This document shows positions 26,383 through 38,429 of a stretch of DNA of 64,000 nucleotides, one piece after another. A model generated the notes under the pieces. That model saw only the letters and a program-made list of their open reading frames with translations. It did no database searches and had not been told where the DNA came from. This DNA comes from Phoronis australis. Its lineage: Eukaryota > Animalia > Phoronida. Location: the NCBI GenBank assembly GCA_002633005.1, contig NMRA01000028.1:1077556-1141555 (forward strand). The letters are read 5' to 3'. Positions within the stretch are counted from its first letter, which is position 1. Every line of letters begins with the position of its first letter. The translations under genes were made by a program, and so were the position numbers.

Positions 26383-27409
26383 GTAATTTAGACAAAGTGA
26401 CGGGCAAATCACAATCAAGGTCCATATTCGGTGGCCACTTTTGGTGAAAAATGAAGTGATTCTGAAAGTGACTCAAGTCATTCCCAGTCATATTTAAGCA
26501 ATTGCTTACTTGATAAAATGAATTTATTTTCTACTTTTGACAATTGAAAACTGTAATTTTTAAAATGCCCACTCGAAACACTAAAAATGCATGAAATTCA
26601 TAGACAAAAAACATGCATAAATTTCTCAAAAATTAATTTGCACAACTAAATAACTCTTGGCATATGAGATTCAGTTGGCATTTGTTAAGTGACCAAAAAA
26701 AAAATTTTAGACCGTAACATAGTCAACTCTCGAATATGGACCTTGATTGTGATTTAGCCGATGAATCTTTGTCTCTCTCTTCCATTTCCCATCAGATAAC
26801 CCTTTATGAGATTACGTATTTCCGGCCAACATGTCGGACACTGATTTGATGGGCCATACCAAATTGGTACAGAAAGATTACCACTGAAGCTTTCACTTCG
26901 TAGAATTGGTTTGAGCTGTTGTTGTAACGCCATATCCAAAAACCGGTTTGCTGCACGATCGTATTTACATTGGCGCGACGTTTCGGGCGGTCGTTTTTTC
27001 CGCCACTTTGAGGTGAATGTGTTGAACGAGCGCGGGTACGTGGCACACTCATGGTGGTCGACGAGTAGCACCTTGTTGGATTTGTGACACACCTATCCCT
27101 GTTCCTTATCCTAAGAATGTTTTACCACTTGAAGATGAACTGAGAACAGACAGACTACCCGAGAAGCGTCATGCCAGTGTAAACAGGCAAGTTACGTTGA
27201 TATAAAGTCAGGGGATTATAGCTTTTACTGACTGCTGTGCTAATGTTGAGAAAACGGGTTTTTAAACAGTTGAAACTGTTTTTTTCGGCACAGCATTAGT
27301 AAACGGACCTGACTTGGTCGCCAATAACTCATTGACAACATCTCCAGGATGGCCAATACTTAACTGCGTCCAATGCCGAATGCGACTAGTCTTCTAGTGA
27401 CACAGCATG

Positions 27410-27609
27410 CTATTGACTGTTGCTATATGTTACAAAAGGTTCGCATCCTTCCGTCTTCGTGTCTTGGCCTCCCGTTCTCATTGGTCCAAGTTTGCGATAT
27501 GTCAACACGTACTTCACAGTCGCTCCAACGACGACAGTGACGAAGAGAAACATTAACGCCGCGCCTGAGACAAGGCCGATCAGTAGAGTAGGCGCTTCTT
27601 GACTGAAAT
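27410..27609 (-). CDS. Probable terminal exon: TM helix plus ~34-aa cytoplasmic tail
   Basis: cctcacag|AT TTC phase-1 acceptor; hydrophobic LLIGLVSGAALMFLFVTVVVGATV followed by K..RK; TAG stop. Confidence 0.75.
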
Positions 27610-28085
27610 CTGTGAGGAAATTATCCATATCAGAAAATAATCATTTTCACAGGTATTAACTCAATCTTAAAGTGACATTGTCAGCGATAAAAGTTCTTTC
27701 TAAGATCAGCCCCAACGCGCAAACTCACAGCACCTAGAGTCCAACACTTTGCTGGTGGATATGAACCCCACTCGATAAATAACAGTGCACTTTTATTTTT
27801 TTTTGGCTGGTAAAGTCACAGGTCTTGGTTTCAGCGAATGGTTGGTAGGCGATGGCAAGAATTGGGAGCGATTTGTAATAAATTCAAAACAGCGGGTTTT
27901 GTTGCTTTATAGCTCTGGTAAGCTATTTTAAAACTTCAGAAAGTCTACCCTATCCAACAATAACCCCAGAATTGTATATCAGCCGTAACACATTTTATGC
28001 TCCTTTAACGATATTGTAACCTTTCACCAGCTAGGTTGACAAATGAGTACTGGCGATGGCACGGATGAAAGAGCTGAGCCCTCAC

Positions 28086-28202
28086 CAGGACACACAAATT
28101 CAAAGGGACATGGTTTAGTCTCGATTAAGTTGTCTGTTCGTACGCGCCTGCGGTTCCCGCCTCGTCCACACGTGATAGAGCACCGAGTCCAGGGACCCCA
28201 TT
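28086..28202 (-). CDS. TSP1 domain exon 3 (short form), not in the ORF track
   Basis: QWGPWTRCSITCGRGGNRRRVR..ETKPC..CP; cttacag acceptor, G|gtgagg donor; 117 nt. Confidence 0.85.
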
Positions 28203-28268
28203 CTGTAAGCAGAAATAGATTTAAACTCGTGTCTTCCTTTTTGATGGGTTTCCACTCGGCCTTACCTT

Positions 28269-28411
28269 CATGGGCAGCGCACCATAGAGGGTTGGAGGGC
28301 TATAGCCCCCACTTTTTTCTGCGCTGTGCCGCCCACGATCTATAGGTGGCGCACCACAGGGGGGATGGGGGACTAAAGCCCCCCATATTTTTCAGCGCTG
28401 CGCTGCCTATG
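28269..28411. repeat. Two tandem ~70-bp TIR-bounded mini-elements
   Basis: catgggcagcgca..tgtgccgcccacg followed by tataggtggcgca..tgcgctgcctatg, with a shared ggg.cta.agccccc core. Confidence 0.55.
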
Positions 28412-28680
28412 TTCTATGCAGACTATAGCTGGGTTCGTGTCACAGCCAAATGACCGGTAGCCCACTGACCACTGAGGTCTACTACACCAGATGGGCTATA
28501 GGCGTTGAACCTTTCATGAACATGGTTAGAAATTTTGACACGTTGCTACGTTTTTATGTCAACTAAACCCCGAACATTGATCCGTTTACAAAAATAGACG
28601 CACGCCCTTGGCGACACTTGTAGATCAACGGGACATCTAACAGAATATTTTGTAAAAGAGGTCAGATTACCCCACCATTA

Positions 28681-29211
28681 CCGCGGTAGGGGTACTAGAA
28701 TATATTTTGGACGGGGGTGCAGCTAGATCATAACTAGGATACTCATCATTCAAAGAGTGCAAGAGATCAATAAAGGGGGCCCCATTCGTCAGGCATTTCT
28801 ATATGAAAAAGTCATCCTTTCGCAATAAGTTTGTTCCCGAAACACTTTGTTTCAAAAACACCATCTTTTGTAGGGTCATTAATCCCATAAACCAAATTCT
28901 TTCACAGGTATTCTTCGACGCTGACCTTGACCTTGCAGTCTGTTAAACAAGAAGGAGTACAAAAAACACTGATATGTACACTATTTTCAACATTTTTAAC
29001 ATAGACAAATTGAAAACCCTTCTCAAGTGTGTAGCTGAAAAATAATCCTTTTGTAGAATTTCTGAACTCCTCAAGTGAACCCTTTTGTAGGAAATTGTTT
29101 CCGAGTATCCACTTTTTTGAATGTGTTTTTTTCGCAGGGAAATTGGCCGTGAAAAAGTCATTTTCCGAGAAGCACGATGCCTATACCTCTTTTATGGGAG
29201 TACTACCCCGG
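28681..29211. mobile_element. Probable non-autonomous DNA transposon with internal (a)cccttttgtag repeats
   Basis: Imperfect TIRs ccgcggtaggggtact / agtactaccccgg and repeated subterminal motifs. Confidence 0.45.
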
Positions 29212-30095
29212 AGCCATATCTTGTAAGAAATACTGCACGGGGATTGAAGTGTGCTGTGTCATCTCATGAAAGTGTATTTGTGTTCAGTCACAATGACCAA
29301 CCGTCATCGAAAAGAAATTGGCCTTCACAAGGTGACGACCACATATATTTGTCGTCAGAAGGAGTTAGACTGCATTAACCCCGCACCATTTTGCACATTA
29401 TTTCTGACTTAACATTCGCGTCAACAAAATATACATAATTAGTTGAAAACAAACTTCTTTGAAACGATCCCAGGGGACAGTCATGAAAAGTGACTTGAGA
29501 CAGAAATTTGGTCTGACGCTCCACATGACTATTTCAGAAAAATAATCAAATCTCACTTGTACCAGAGAATATACACATAATTGCTAGTTACTGATATAAT
29601 TTTTATAAGTTATTTCTGGAATGTGATGCGTTCATAATTATTTGGCTAAAACTGTTTCACCCATTGTGAAGTGGGAGTATACTACCACTTTCATGAAACA
29701 AGCCGCTGGACGAAAAAGTTTCAGTCAAGTCATCACATGTGCTCGCTCTAGTGCCAATGTCCGACCAGTCGTTTCAAGTTCAACGCGTCAAACTCGATGT
29801 AAGTACAAATGACCTGCAAATTGTAAAATACAAGGCACGCGTACCAACAGACGTTGGCTAATCATCCTGACTTTGATTACAAAAGTGTGTAATAAGCTGC
29901 AACCGTAATGTAATTATTACCTATAGTTACCCGAGATAATTAAAGGGTTATTTTTTCCGAAAATCAACTCGTTTGAACATTCGTTGAAAATCGTAAAATA
30001 CGTACACATAGTCTATTAACGGGATATTGTTGAAATTTTAAAATTTTAACACACACCTATTTGTACATATGTTATTAATTGATAGGTTTACTCAC

Positions 30096-30278
30096 GGACG
30101 AATCTTGAACACTGGCCTCTACACCGGCGAAACTCCTGGACCAGAGATGGGATACACAATGTGTCCTTCATCTTTTTGTCTGCAGATGCGTCAAGCTCGC
30201 ATGGTCGCTGTCGTTTCTGTTTGCCGTAATTACATACAGCATCGCAGGAGCTCCATTCTGACCAGGTTTTCAGGCGAG
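30096..30278 (-). CDS. TSP1 domain exon 2, not in the ORF track
   Basis: Hand translation KTWSEWSSCDAVCNYGKQKRQRPC..LC..QEFRRCRGQC; ttgttgtag acceptor, C|gtgagt donor; 183 nt. Confidence 0.85.
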
Positions 30279-31009
30279 CTACAACAATCGGACAGCCAGG
30301 AAACCCCTATTTGTCAACTGCAGTAATGTAATTAGACACAAAGACGTGTCCTAAGTTCGTCTGTCGAAGCCATACGATTTTTGCACACTCATATTTGCTA
30401 AAATAGCTTAACTTATTCCGTCTAACCTTGCAACATGCAAGCGTTATTCAGGTATACTTGTGTGAAACACATTTTTTATCGCAAATCTTGTCACTTGTGC
30501 CATTCCTGCAACTGGTTCGTAATCCTGGAATTATTTTACCGATAACGAAAACGATAGCCTCATAGAGGCACATACTCTAGGACGCACCGTGGACACGTTA
30601 TCAGGCAGACCGGAATGAGGTGATTTGTGGAGAAAGGAATAACCTACACCTACTTCATTTAACAACGAATATACAAGCTTTCTAATAAACATGTATTTGA
30701 GATCCTGAAAAATGCCCAGATTCAGAAACTGTTAACAGCTGGAAGGAGCCAGAAAATTGAATGAAACAAGACAAAATTTGCAGACCCTAATAACGTATCA
30801 GCGGCTTTGATTAACTTACAAATGATTCCAGTTAGTTGATATAATTTGTAACGTCGCCCTTTCTTTTACCCAATCCTTCTCTCCCGGACTCACACATCAC
30901 TCTTCCTCACTAGGCACTCTCTCCTTCATGTGATGGGTATATTGTGTAACGTTTCCATTCCTCCCGTCCCCTCCCTTTCAATCCTCCCGTTTTGTGCAAC
31001 GTGAACCTC

Positions 31010-31350
31010 TTCATCACAAGACACCCTCTCTGGCCCTCAAAAAAGGCACCTTCCCCGGCCTCAGTTCTCACGAGGCACTCTCCCAGCGTCTGGGTCATCA
31101 CAAAGCACCCTTCCGGCGTCTGGGTCATCACAAAGCACCCTCCCGGCGTCTGGGTCATCACAAAGCACCCTCCCGGCGTCTTTGTCATCACAAAGCACCC
31201 TCCCGGGGTCTGGGTCATCAAAAAACATCCGGCCCTCGCAAGGCATCCTTGTCGAACCCGGGTCGTCGCAATACACCCTCCTCGACCCCGTGCCCACAAG
31301 GCACCTTCCCCAGCCCCCGGTGATTGCAAGGCACCCTCCTCGAGGCCTGG
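31010..31350. repeat. 30-bp GC-rich minisatellite (~5 near-perfect copies plus degenerate flanking units)
   Basis: tcccggcgtctgggtcatcacaaagcaccc. Confidence 0.88.
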
Positions 31351-31412
31351 TCCTCACAGGATACCTTCTACGACCCCGCAACTGAGTTCCAGTCTCATCC
31401 TGTTGTTCTTAC

Positions 31413-31697
31413 CATATATTTGACCTTGACGAGGAACACCTCTTTCTGTGCCCTCTGCATATTCGCTTATGAGTTGAACTGTTATTGTGTAGGTATCGGA
31501 AGGAGTTAGTCCATTGAATGTGATGTTTGTTACATTGTTCCTTTCGATTTTGACTGGAGCTGTTGGAGTCACGCCCTGTACGTTAGGTTTGCAGTCAATC
31601 AACACGTGCGACCATTCACCGCTCGTCGGCACACTCCATGTGACTATGACTTTAGTCTTGTCTTCAATGAGAGCCACAATTGGTGGCGTCAGCGGCA
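31413..31697 (-). CDS. FN3 exon 11 (type b)
   Basis: VPLTPP..VIVTWSVPTSGEWSHVLIDC..FNGLTPSDTYTITV; ccttttcag acceptor, G|gtaaga donor; 285 nt. Confidence 0.87.
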
Positions 31698-32257
31698 CTG
31701 AAAAGGTAACGCACGTGACCAGAAAAAAAGTTATGAGAGCGACTTTAAAATACATTTCCAGAACAAAAAAAAACAGCATTTGGCAGACCAGTCATCTGCT
31801 ACATATTAATAACAGGATGAAAAATGTATGAATTGATGGACCAATTTTCACACAACTGTGCCGAGCTCGTGAGAAAACAATGCCAGTTCTCAAAAGAGAC
31901 ACGGTTATTGAGAACAAGAGCATGTGCACTTCGTGATCGAAGAGGACTACCTCTAACAGGATATCGTTTCTGTTCAGTAGGGTAGCTAGGATTTCCATAC
32001 CACACTCTGATTGCCACCAGTCTCATTCTCCACCTCGTTGTCGCAACTGAATTTTGTGCAACCGCCATTTGTGCCGCCCTCCTGTCGTCAGGTTGCCGCC
32101 AGTTTTTCGATGAAACATTAAGTTTATTTTTGTAAGGTAGGGTGCTACGAGGGACAATCAGCCCACCCGAATCCCTATGTATTTTCGTTCTTAATTGTTT
32201 GGGAACACAAAATGGCCTTTCAAGTTCCTCAAAATAGTCCCGTGTCACGCTACACAC

Positions 32258-32530
32258 CTGTACATAAATAAATTGGCACAGTAAGAACACTTTCGAAAAA
32301 CGCCACATTGGTTGAGACTGACACTTTGTACATGGTACCGGGAGTGAGTTGTGAACATCGTCCTCGTTTTGAGGGAGGAGTCACTCTGATCGTCTGTACA
32401 GTTTCTCCAACGATATACAGTGACGTGCACGTTAGATCATAGTAGTCTTTATTTCCGTGAGCATGGTCCCACGACACTGTTATATCTGTGTTGGACGAAG
32501 AAGCAATCACCCCTGTCACGCTTCGTAGAC
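32258..32530 (-). CDS. FN3 exon 10 (type a)
   Basis: ITVSWDHAHGNKDYYDLTC..CSQLTPGTMYKVSV; ttctgtag acceptor, G|gtgtgt donor; 273 nt. Confidence 0.85.
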
Positions 32531-33200
32531 CTACAGAACAAGTAACATACACGAGTAGTCTTATCATTATCATCATACACTTCTATATAACTCTCAATGT
32601 TTCAAATTGCAAAAGAACGATCTGATAACTGCTCGTCACTTCGTCGATTTTTCTCCAACACGGCAAAGCATGTCTACTTATTTAGTATTACAAGACATTG
32701 CTTATATGGAAAATGTGACTTTTGGTGTAAACAAATCAACGGCGATTTTAAGCAGCAGTCAGTCCGATGTCTTAGAGGCGGAGAATTTGATAACTGTATT
32801 GGGATGAAAAAATCATATTTAGTACGTATTTCAAAAATAGTAAATCTGACGAATTTTTTCTAGAAATGCTTGCAATATTCAAAATGAGTAGCTCTTACGT
32901 CAGCATTCCCAAGTAGATAAGACACGATCTGTTCAAAAGGTATTTTTTAAGAGTCTTCGCGTTCCATGCCTATTTAAAGTAACATTTTGGCAGCTGCCGC
33001 TCAACCCGTAAAACGTTTTTGTGACATCAAGTTTGTCTTGAGAACAGAACTTATTTTATGCTTAACCGTGTTATGTAGAAACTTTTAAACTGCTGCTCGT
33101 GTAAATCCAGCTCAAGCGCTGCTGGTCTTGAACATATTTCGTGAAGTAAAATGTCGATGTTTCACAACCCAAGTTGTCGACGATTTATTACTGAGCTTAC

Positions 33201-33497
33201 CTACTACCAGTGTGTCTCGTGGTGCTGTGCGGCTCATCCACTCGTCTCCCAGATGGCGTATCAGACTGTAGACAGAGACATCGTATTCTGACCCAGGTGT
33301 CACCTTGTCGATCGTTAAAGTTTCACCGTCGCTTGCACCGATCTCAACGGGGCATTGCGGCCTAGCAGTGACTTCAACAGGGTAGCAATATATGACGTAA
33401 TGCGTGAAGCCGCCATCAGGAGGAGGTTTCCATGCCACAACAATGGATTGCCCATCCAGGCCAGGTGACAGCCTTACATCGACCGGCGGCAGCGGTT
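33201..33497 (-). CDS. FN3 exon 9 (type b)
   Basis: EPLPPVDV..IVVAWKPPPDGGFTHYVIYC..VTPGSEYDVSV; G|gtaagc donor; 297 nt. Confidence 0.87.
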
Positions 33498-34586
33498 CTG
33501 AGGATATGACGGCATGGTTGCATATGACCGACTGTCACCGACGATCAACATTACCAACGGACTGTTCTAGTCAACAACTGATGTCAAAGTACTATTTTGG
33601 GCATTAATAAACTAAGAACACGATGAGAATTGTAGGCCTACTTAGTTACTATTTCCTCGCGGCGAGAGAAGACGGAGAACAACGAACTGAATTGTCTGAT
33701 ACAGCGAGCGCTAGGTGAGCTGACAGCTCACTTCTGACATGAATTTACGACAAAAGTAGAACGAACAAGCACTCAGGTCGTTTACTGTTCTCCCCTTAGT
33801 CAATGCGAGCTGTCAGCTCAACTATTGTTCACTCGAGGCAGGCTGCTCAGCTCGTACATCTTTGCTCGAGCTGGCTCTTGCTATTATTTTATAGACGTTG
33901 AGTCATGCAAAGGTTAAAAAATTGGATTTCTGGGTGCCGGAAGACTTGGCGATTGACAATACAGCATTGTTCAGGACTGACTCAGAATAAGTTGTCCAAT
34001 GGTCACCATGATCTGAATGGAACACATACACTGACACAATATGTAAATGCAGATCCCATACATTCGCATCAGTATACCCTTAAAGTGGTACAAGCACATT
34101 TGCTGACCTTCAGCATGTTACTCCTCTATTGCAATAAAATTAAAAAAACATTCGTTTGACACGTAACTGCAGTAGAATTTTAAAATTTACTCACAGTGCC
34201 ACCTGTTACGGTGACGTCACAAATGAACTCCAACGGTCTAAATCATAGTGCAAAAATAAAAAGTGAACGGATACTAGGTGAGTATTCCAATATGTTTTAT
34301 TACGTGATAAAAGAACTCAGAGAATCATCGACCAAATGAAATAAAATAAAATGATATCAATGATCATCTTCCATACAAAACAACTGATCACAGCAGAATG
34401 AATATTTGATACACGATCGTATATTACTAAAAGGAAATATTCATTATAATAAATAAACAAGTTTGAGCGCGCACGTGCGACCAGAAGAAACTGCACATGC
34501 AAAGTTGAGAAAATGAATTAAATTTCGACGCTTCTTGTGACCTCGTTGTCATGTGAAGATATCATGCAAATGACCACACATTTTAC

Positions 34587-34853
34587 CTGTGACTGCGGTC
34601 AACGATGGCTTTGACGTCACATTTTTTAACCCGTGCATAACTGACGTGACTGTAACATTGTATACAGTCCCAGGTATCATCTCAGTGCAAACCGCTGACG
34701 TTTGATTCGCAGGCAGATTTAAGGCCCTAGTGCATATGGTGGAAGTACAAAACAACACGAAATGGCCCAGCTTTCCTTTGGGTAGCAACCATTCCACGAA
34801 GATTTCACGATAAGTTGTTTCCGTTATATGAACGTTCCATACCGCTGCCATTT
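34587..34853 (-). CDS. FN3 exon 8 (type a)
   Basis: IFVEW..GKLGHFVLFC..CTEMIPGTVYNVTV; gtttcag acceptor, G|gtaaaa donor; 267 nt. Confidence 0.85.
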
Positions 34854-36662
34854 CTGAAACGATTTCCGGTTTAGGCGTCATGGATACAGTTTCAGTTGCC
34901 AACTCACACTTTCAATGTCATTTCTTTCTATCAACAAGGCAGATGTACGATCGTAATCTGTCTTTAACTTAACCCATCCATTAACTTCTCTTGTTCTACT
35001 TTTGACTATCCATCCAGAAATTATCATTTCTCCTATTGTATATATTTTCTCATACCGTATAATTTGCATCACTATTTTGTCATACTAAATACCAGCTTAC
35101 GATCGCATTTTCATCGCTAAAAACTTGACTTTGGTCGCACCTTCTTATCACCAGTACATGCCGAACATGAAAGAAATAGTTAAATCAAGAGAGACCTGGC
35201 TGCTCAACATAAGCTTATCAGTGGAATGATGTATGTTTACGAATAGTTATGGTCACCCATTCTGATAAATCAAGATTGCAGCACACTTAAAAGTGACCAA
35301 GAACAGGGCGAAGCCTTCGTAGAGTATTGTTTTCGAAACAGCCCCCATGGCTATATTGTGGAGAAGACAAATCTGCTCAATCAGCTGAATGAGCTCTGGA
35401 GAATTGCTGAATATAGCTTCTTAACTCCCAATGTACGCAACGTTATGAAGTCGAGAATAGGGAAGGTGCTTCAGAACCCGACGGAGTCAACTCCCAAGTG
35501 TGGACTAAGTCTTACCATCGAGCAGCGCGAAACCCGATAAAGCCACTCTCTCAAAGGCTATTGCATAACTTTCTTTCGAAATGTCATAGGTAAAATCCTA
35601 TAAAAGATCGTTCCTTACTGGAGTGCCCATTTCACAAAACCTGCCTACCTAGAAGGCTGTGTGCACACCGCCCCGGTAGGGAGACCTGGGCCAATCTTGT
35701 ATTTTTGGCAGACGAGATCTGGGTAGATTTTAAGAAACGATTATATACAACGGTTGGGGGGTTGAACATGGAAGGTGCCTACAACTCGGTTCAACTCTAG
35801 CATATGACAAGTACCACCTTGCAATCTCTCCTTGGCAAGAGAAAATGGGGAGACGAATTTCAAACTCCTTTATCATTCAGGCATCCAACTCAACTTCACA
35901 GTCCTGGTTAACAAGGTGCTCACTCGAACCATCTCTTCTACAAATTGTCTGAGAGCTGCTGCAGAATGCAAAGCAAAGGAGAGCCGCCGTCAAGTAGACG
36001 CTTTGCAAGAGACTGGTCAAATGAGTTGTCGACTGTGTTTTACCAATGATCAACACAAGTCAGAACTAAGAGAGAAGGTGTTCGTGTCACCAGACGATGC
36101 ATCAAGTTTACCTACATCAAAGCACTCGATACCTAGCGGGGATAGTGTTGTGGACAGACAGACACGCCTAGCAACAGGGAGGTACAGTTACAAAGACAAC
36201 ATTAGAATAGAATTCGACGCCATACAACGTGCTTTCACCAGAATCTCGGAGTTAGAGCTGCCAACTGTCATCTCAGCAAGCGACTCGATGTATATGTTCT
36301 GGTAAACACGTATTCTGGGAACAGCCAGGTCACTGGCTGACCCATTGCTAAATTTGTTCTTAACGTACGCTGGTCCTGCTAGCGTCTCGGTAAATGGAAT
36401 GGTGTACGGCATGCGGTTTTTGGGGCTTACGCGGACATGTCTTAAACTTTCGAAAATTGTGGCTCGGCTGCCCTTATGTCACCCTGAATCAAACACTATT
36501 AAGTATTGCAGAACGTGGTCAGAAACATTTGTTATTTATTCAAGTCTCTCAATGTCGCTTGTGAGTAGTATTTTACAAAGGTCCGTCACCCATCATCTTT
36601 TCCTTCGTTTCATAAACAATCTCAGCATTTTCTTTCGGAACTATGAGCAAGTTAGTATTTAC

Positions 36663-36920
36663 CTGTTTTCGTATGAATGGTAGTGGTGTTTGTGTCAACG
36701 TATGTTGTACGCATAGAAGTGACTGTAACCGCATACCCGACACCAGGAGTAAGGCGATTGCAAACCCCTGTATTGGTAGACCCGATCACCACATCTCTTC
36801 TCGTCTCTGGCCCCGTACAAGTAACCGCGTAGAAGTCCTTTTTTCCCGGAGCATGACTCCACGTGACCTTAATGGCTTTTGCAGTGTTCTCTGTTGCTAC
36901 ATTGAAGACTTTAGCAAGAG
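36663..36920 (-). CDS. FN3 exon 7 (type a), not in the ORF track
   Basis: Hand translation IKVTWSHAPGKKDFYAVTC..CNRLTPGVGYAVTVTS; ccttttag acceptor, G|gtaaat donor; 258 nt. Confidence 0.87.
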
Positions 36921-37057
36921 CTAAAAGGAATCAACGTATGTCTCACTTTTAACATTTACAAACAACTGCTTAAACACAGCTGCGTTCCATAGATGCTAAA
37001 ATCACGCGAAAATATCATTGGTTTCAATAAAATGGATTCCTATCAATCAAAGCTTAC

Positions 37058-37340
37058 GGAATTTAGCAAACACTCTCTCTGTAGGACTGTCGCTGGTCAA
37101 CCCATACTGTAAAGTTCTTGAGAAAATAGTCACTTTGTACTAATCTCCATTGTACAGAGTGTCTAAACGTGGTCGTGCTAGGATCTCCTCGGTGAGAGAT
37201 TGCCTTTTTGGTCACATCTTTGTCTGTACTTGAACACGTGATTATGATGTTCGTCCACTCTCCATCAACTGGATCATTCCATGTGACTATTAAAGACAGA
37301 TTTCGTCGCGATGTACTTACGTTCGTGACCGGACGCGGAA
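37058..37340 (-). pseudogene. FN3 exon 6 (type b), disrupted by a frameshift and an in-frame stop (283 nt)
   Basis: VPRPVTNV..LIVTWNDPVDGEWTNIIITC..TTTF, then in the +1 frame DTLYNGD*YKVTIFS; intact gtttcag acceptor and C|gtaagc donor. Confidence 0.7.
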
Positions 37341-38429
37341 CTGAAACGGCATTACAGCATCTCTATACATCGCGTCAAACGGTTTTAAAACTGGCAGGAA
37401 CGAAAAATTCACGGAAAATTGTGAACTTGGCGAATCATTTTAGCATATTACACATTTGTGTGATTGGATAGTGTGATGAACAAGCGTAATCGTTTCTGTT
37501 AAAAATCGCGTTTCTCTGAACCCGCAACGTTATGGAATGTGAGGTCACGTGACTGTTAGGTCAGGTGTGAGACTCTCGTTGGTTCTCTGAGTGTAGACCT
37601 CACGCAGGTATTATTCAGTAACACGCGCTTTATCACTGGTTAATGTAACCTTTGGGGCTTTTTCAAAATTACTCGTTCAAACACGACCGGCATTCCAGCT
37701 TCTAGTTTGTGGGGAAAATGATACAGAGTGCGTCCCAAAAATGTACACACTTCAACGCCTGGAGTTCAGTCCCCGTGGATCACTGAGATTCTGCGCGGGC
37801 CTACTGCATGTGGGTGCGTCATTCATGACGTGCATGGAAACTAGGCAAGCAAACGATTCAGTTTTGAAGAACAAAAATTCATTGCGCAATACCACTGGAA
37901 ACTAAAAACACCAAGAAAACGCAAATGCAACACTTCCAAGCAATGAGTTTATTTATTTAGGGACTTTTCAAACTTTTTTTGTGATTCCGAGTTTCATCAA
38001 CATCTTTGAGAGTTATTTTAGATAAGCAAAAATCGTCCAAGTGTACTTTACTATTTGAGGATCGGATTGTAGAGTTTTTCCAACTACAGGTTGCAAGTAA
38101 ATTCACTGAAACATCATCAATTTTTACAAGATTAGCTTCTAATTGTCTATGAATCTATCGATTTTTGTAGATACATAAACAAGTAAATCAGAAATAAACG
38201 AATTTGTTTATCAAAACGGAATGTTATAAGCAATTTCTGTAGGCATGCTCCACCGAAAGAGGGTACCGTCTGAAATGGGACACCGTAAGATGAAAGGCTA
38301 AACATCATTAAACTTGGAAAAGAGTGACAGTTCATTCCACCGTCGTGTGGTCACAAGACGGTGCAGGAAGTGACCTTCTCCGACGTAAACTGAAGCCGGT
38401 TGCACGATTTCACAAAAAAAACAGGAGAA

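Noticed and set aside
30910-31423. Several overlapping 100-140 aa ORFs
   Set aside because: Produced by the 30-bp GC-rich minisatellite in an intron.
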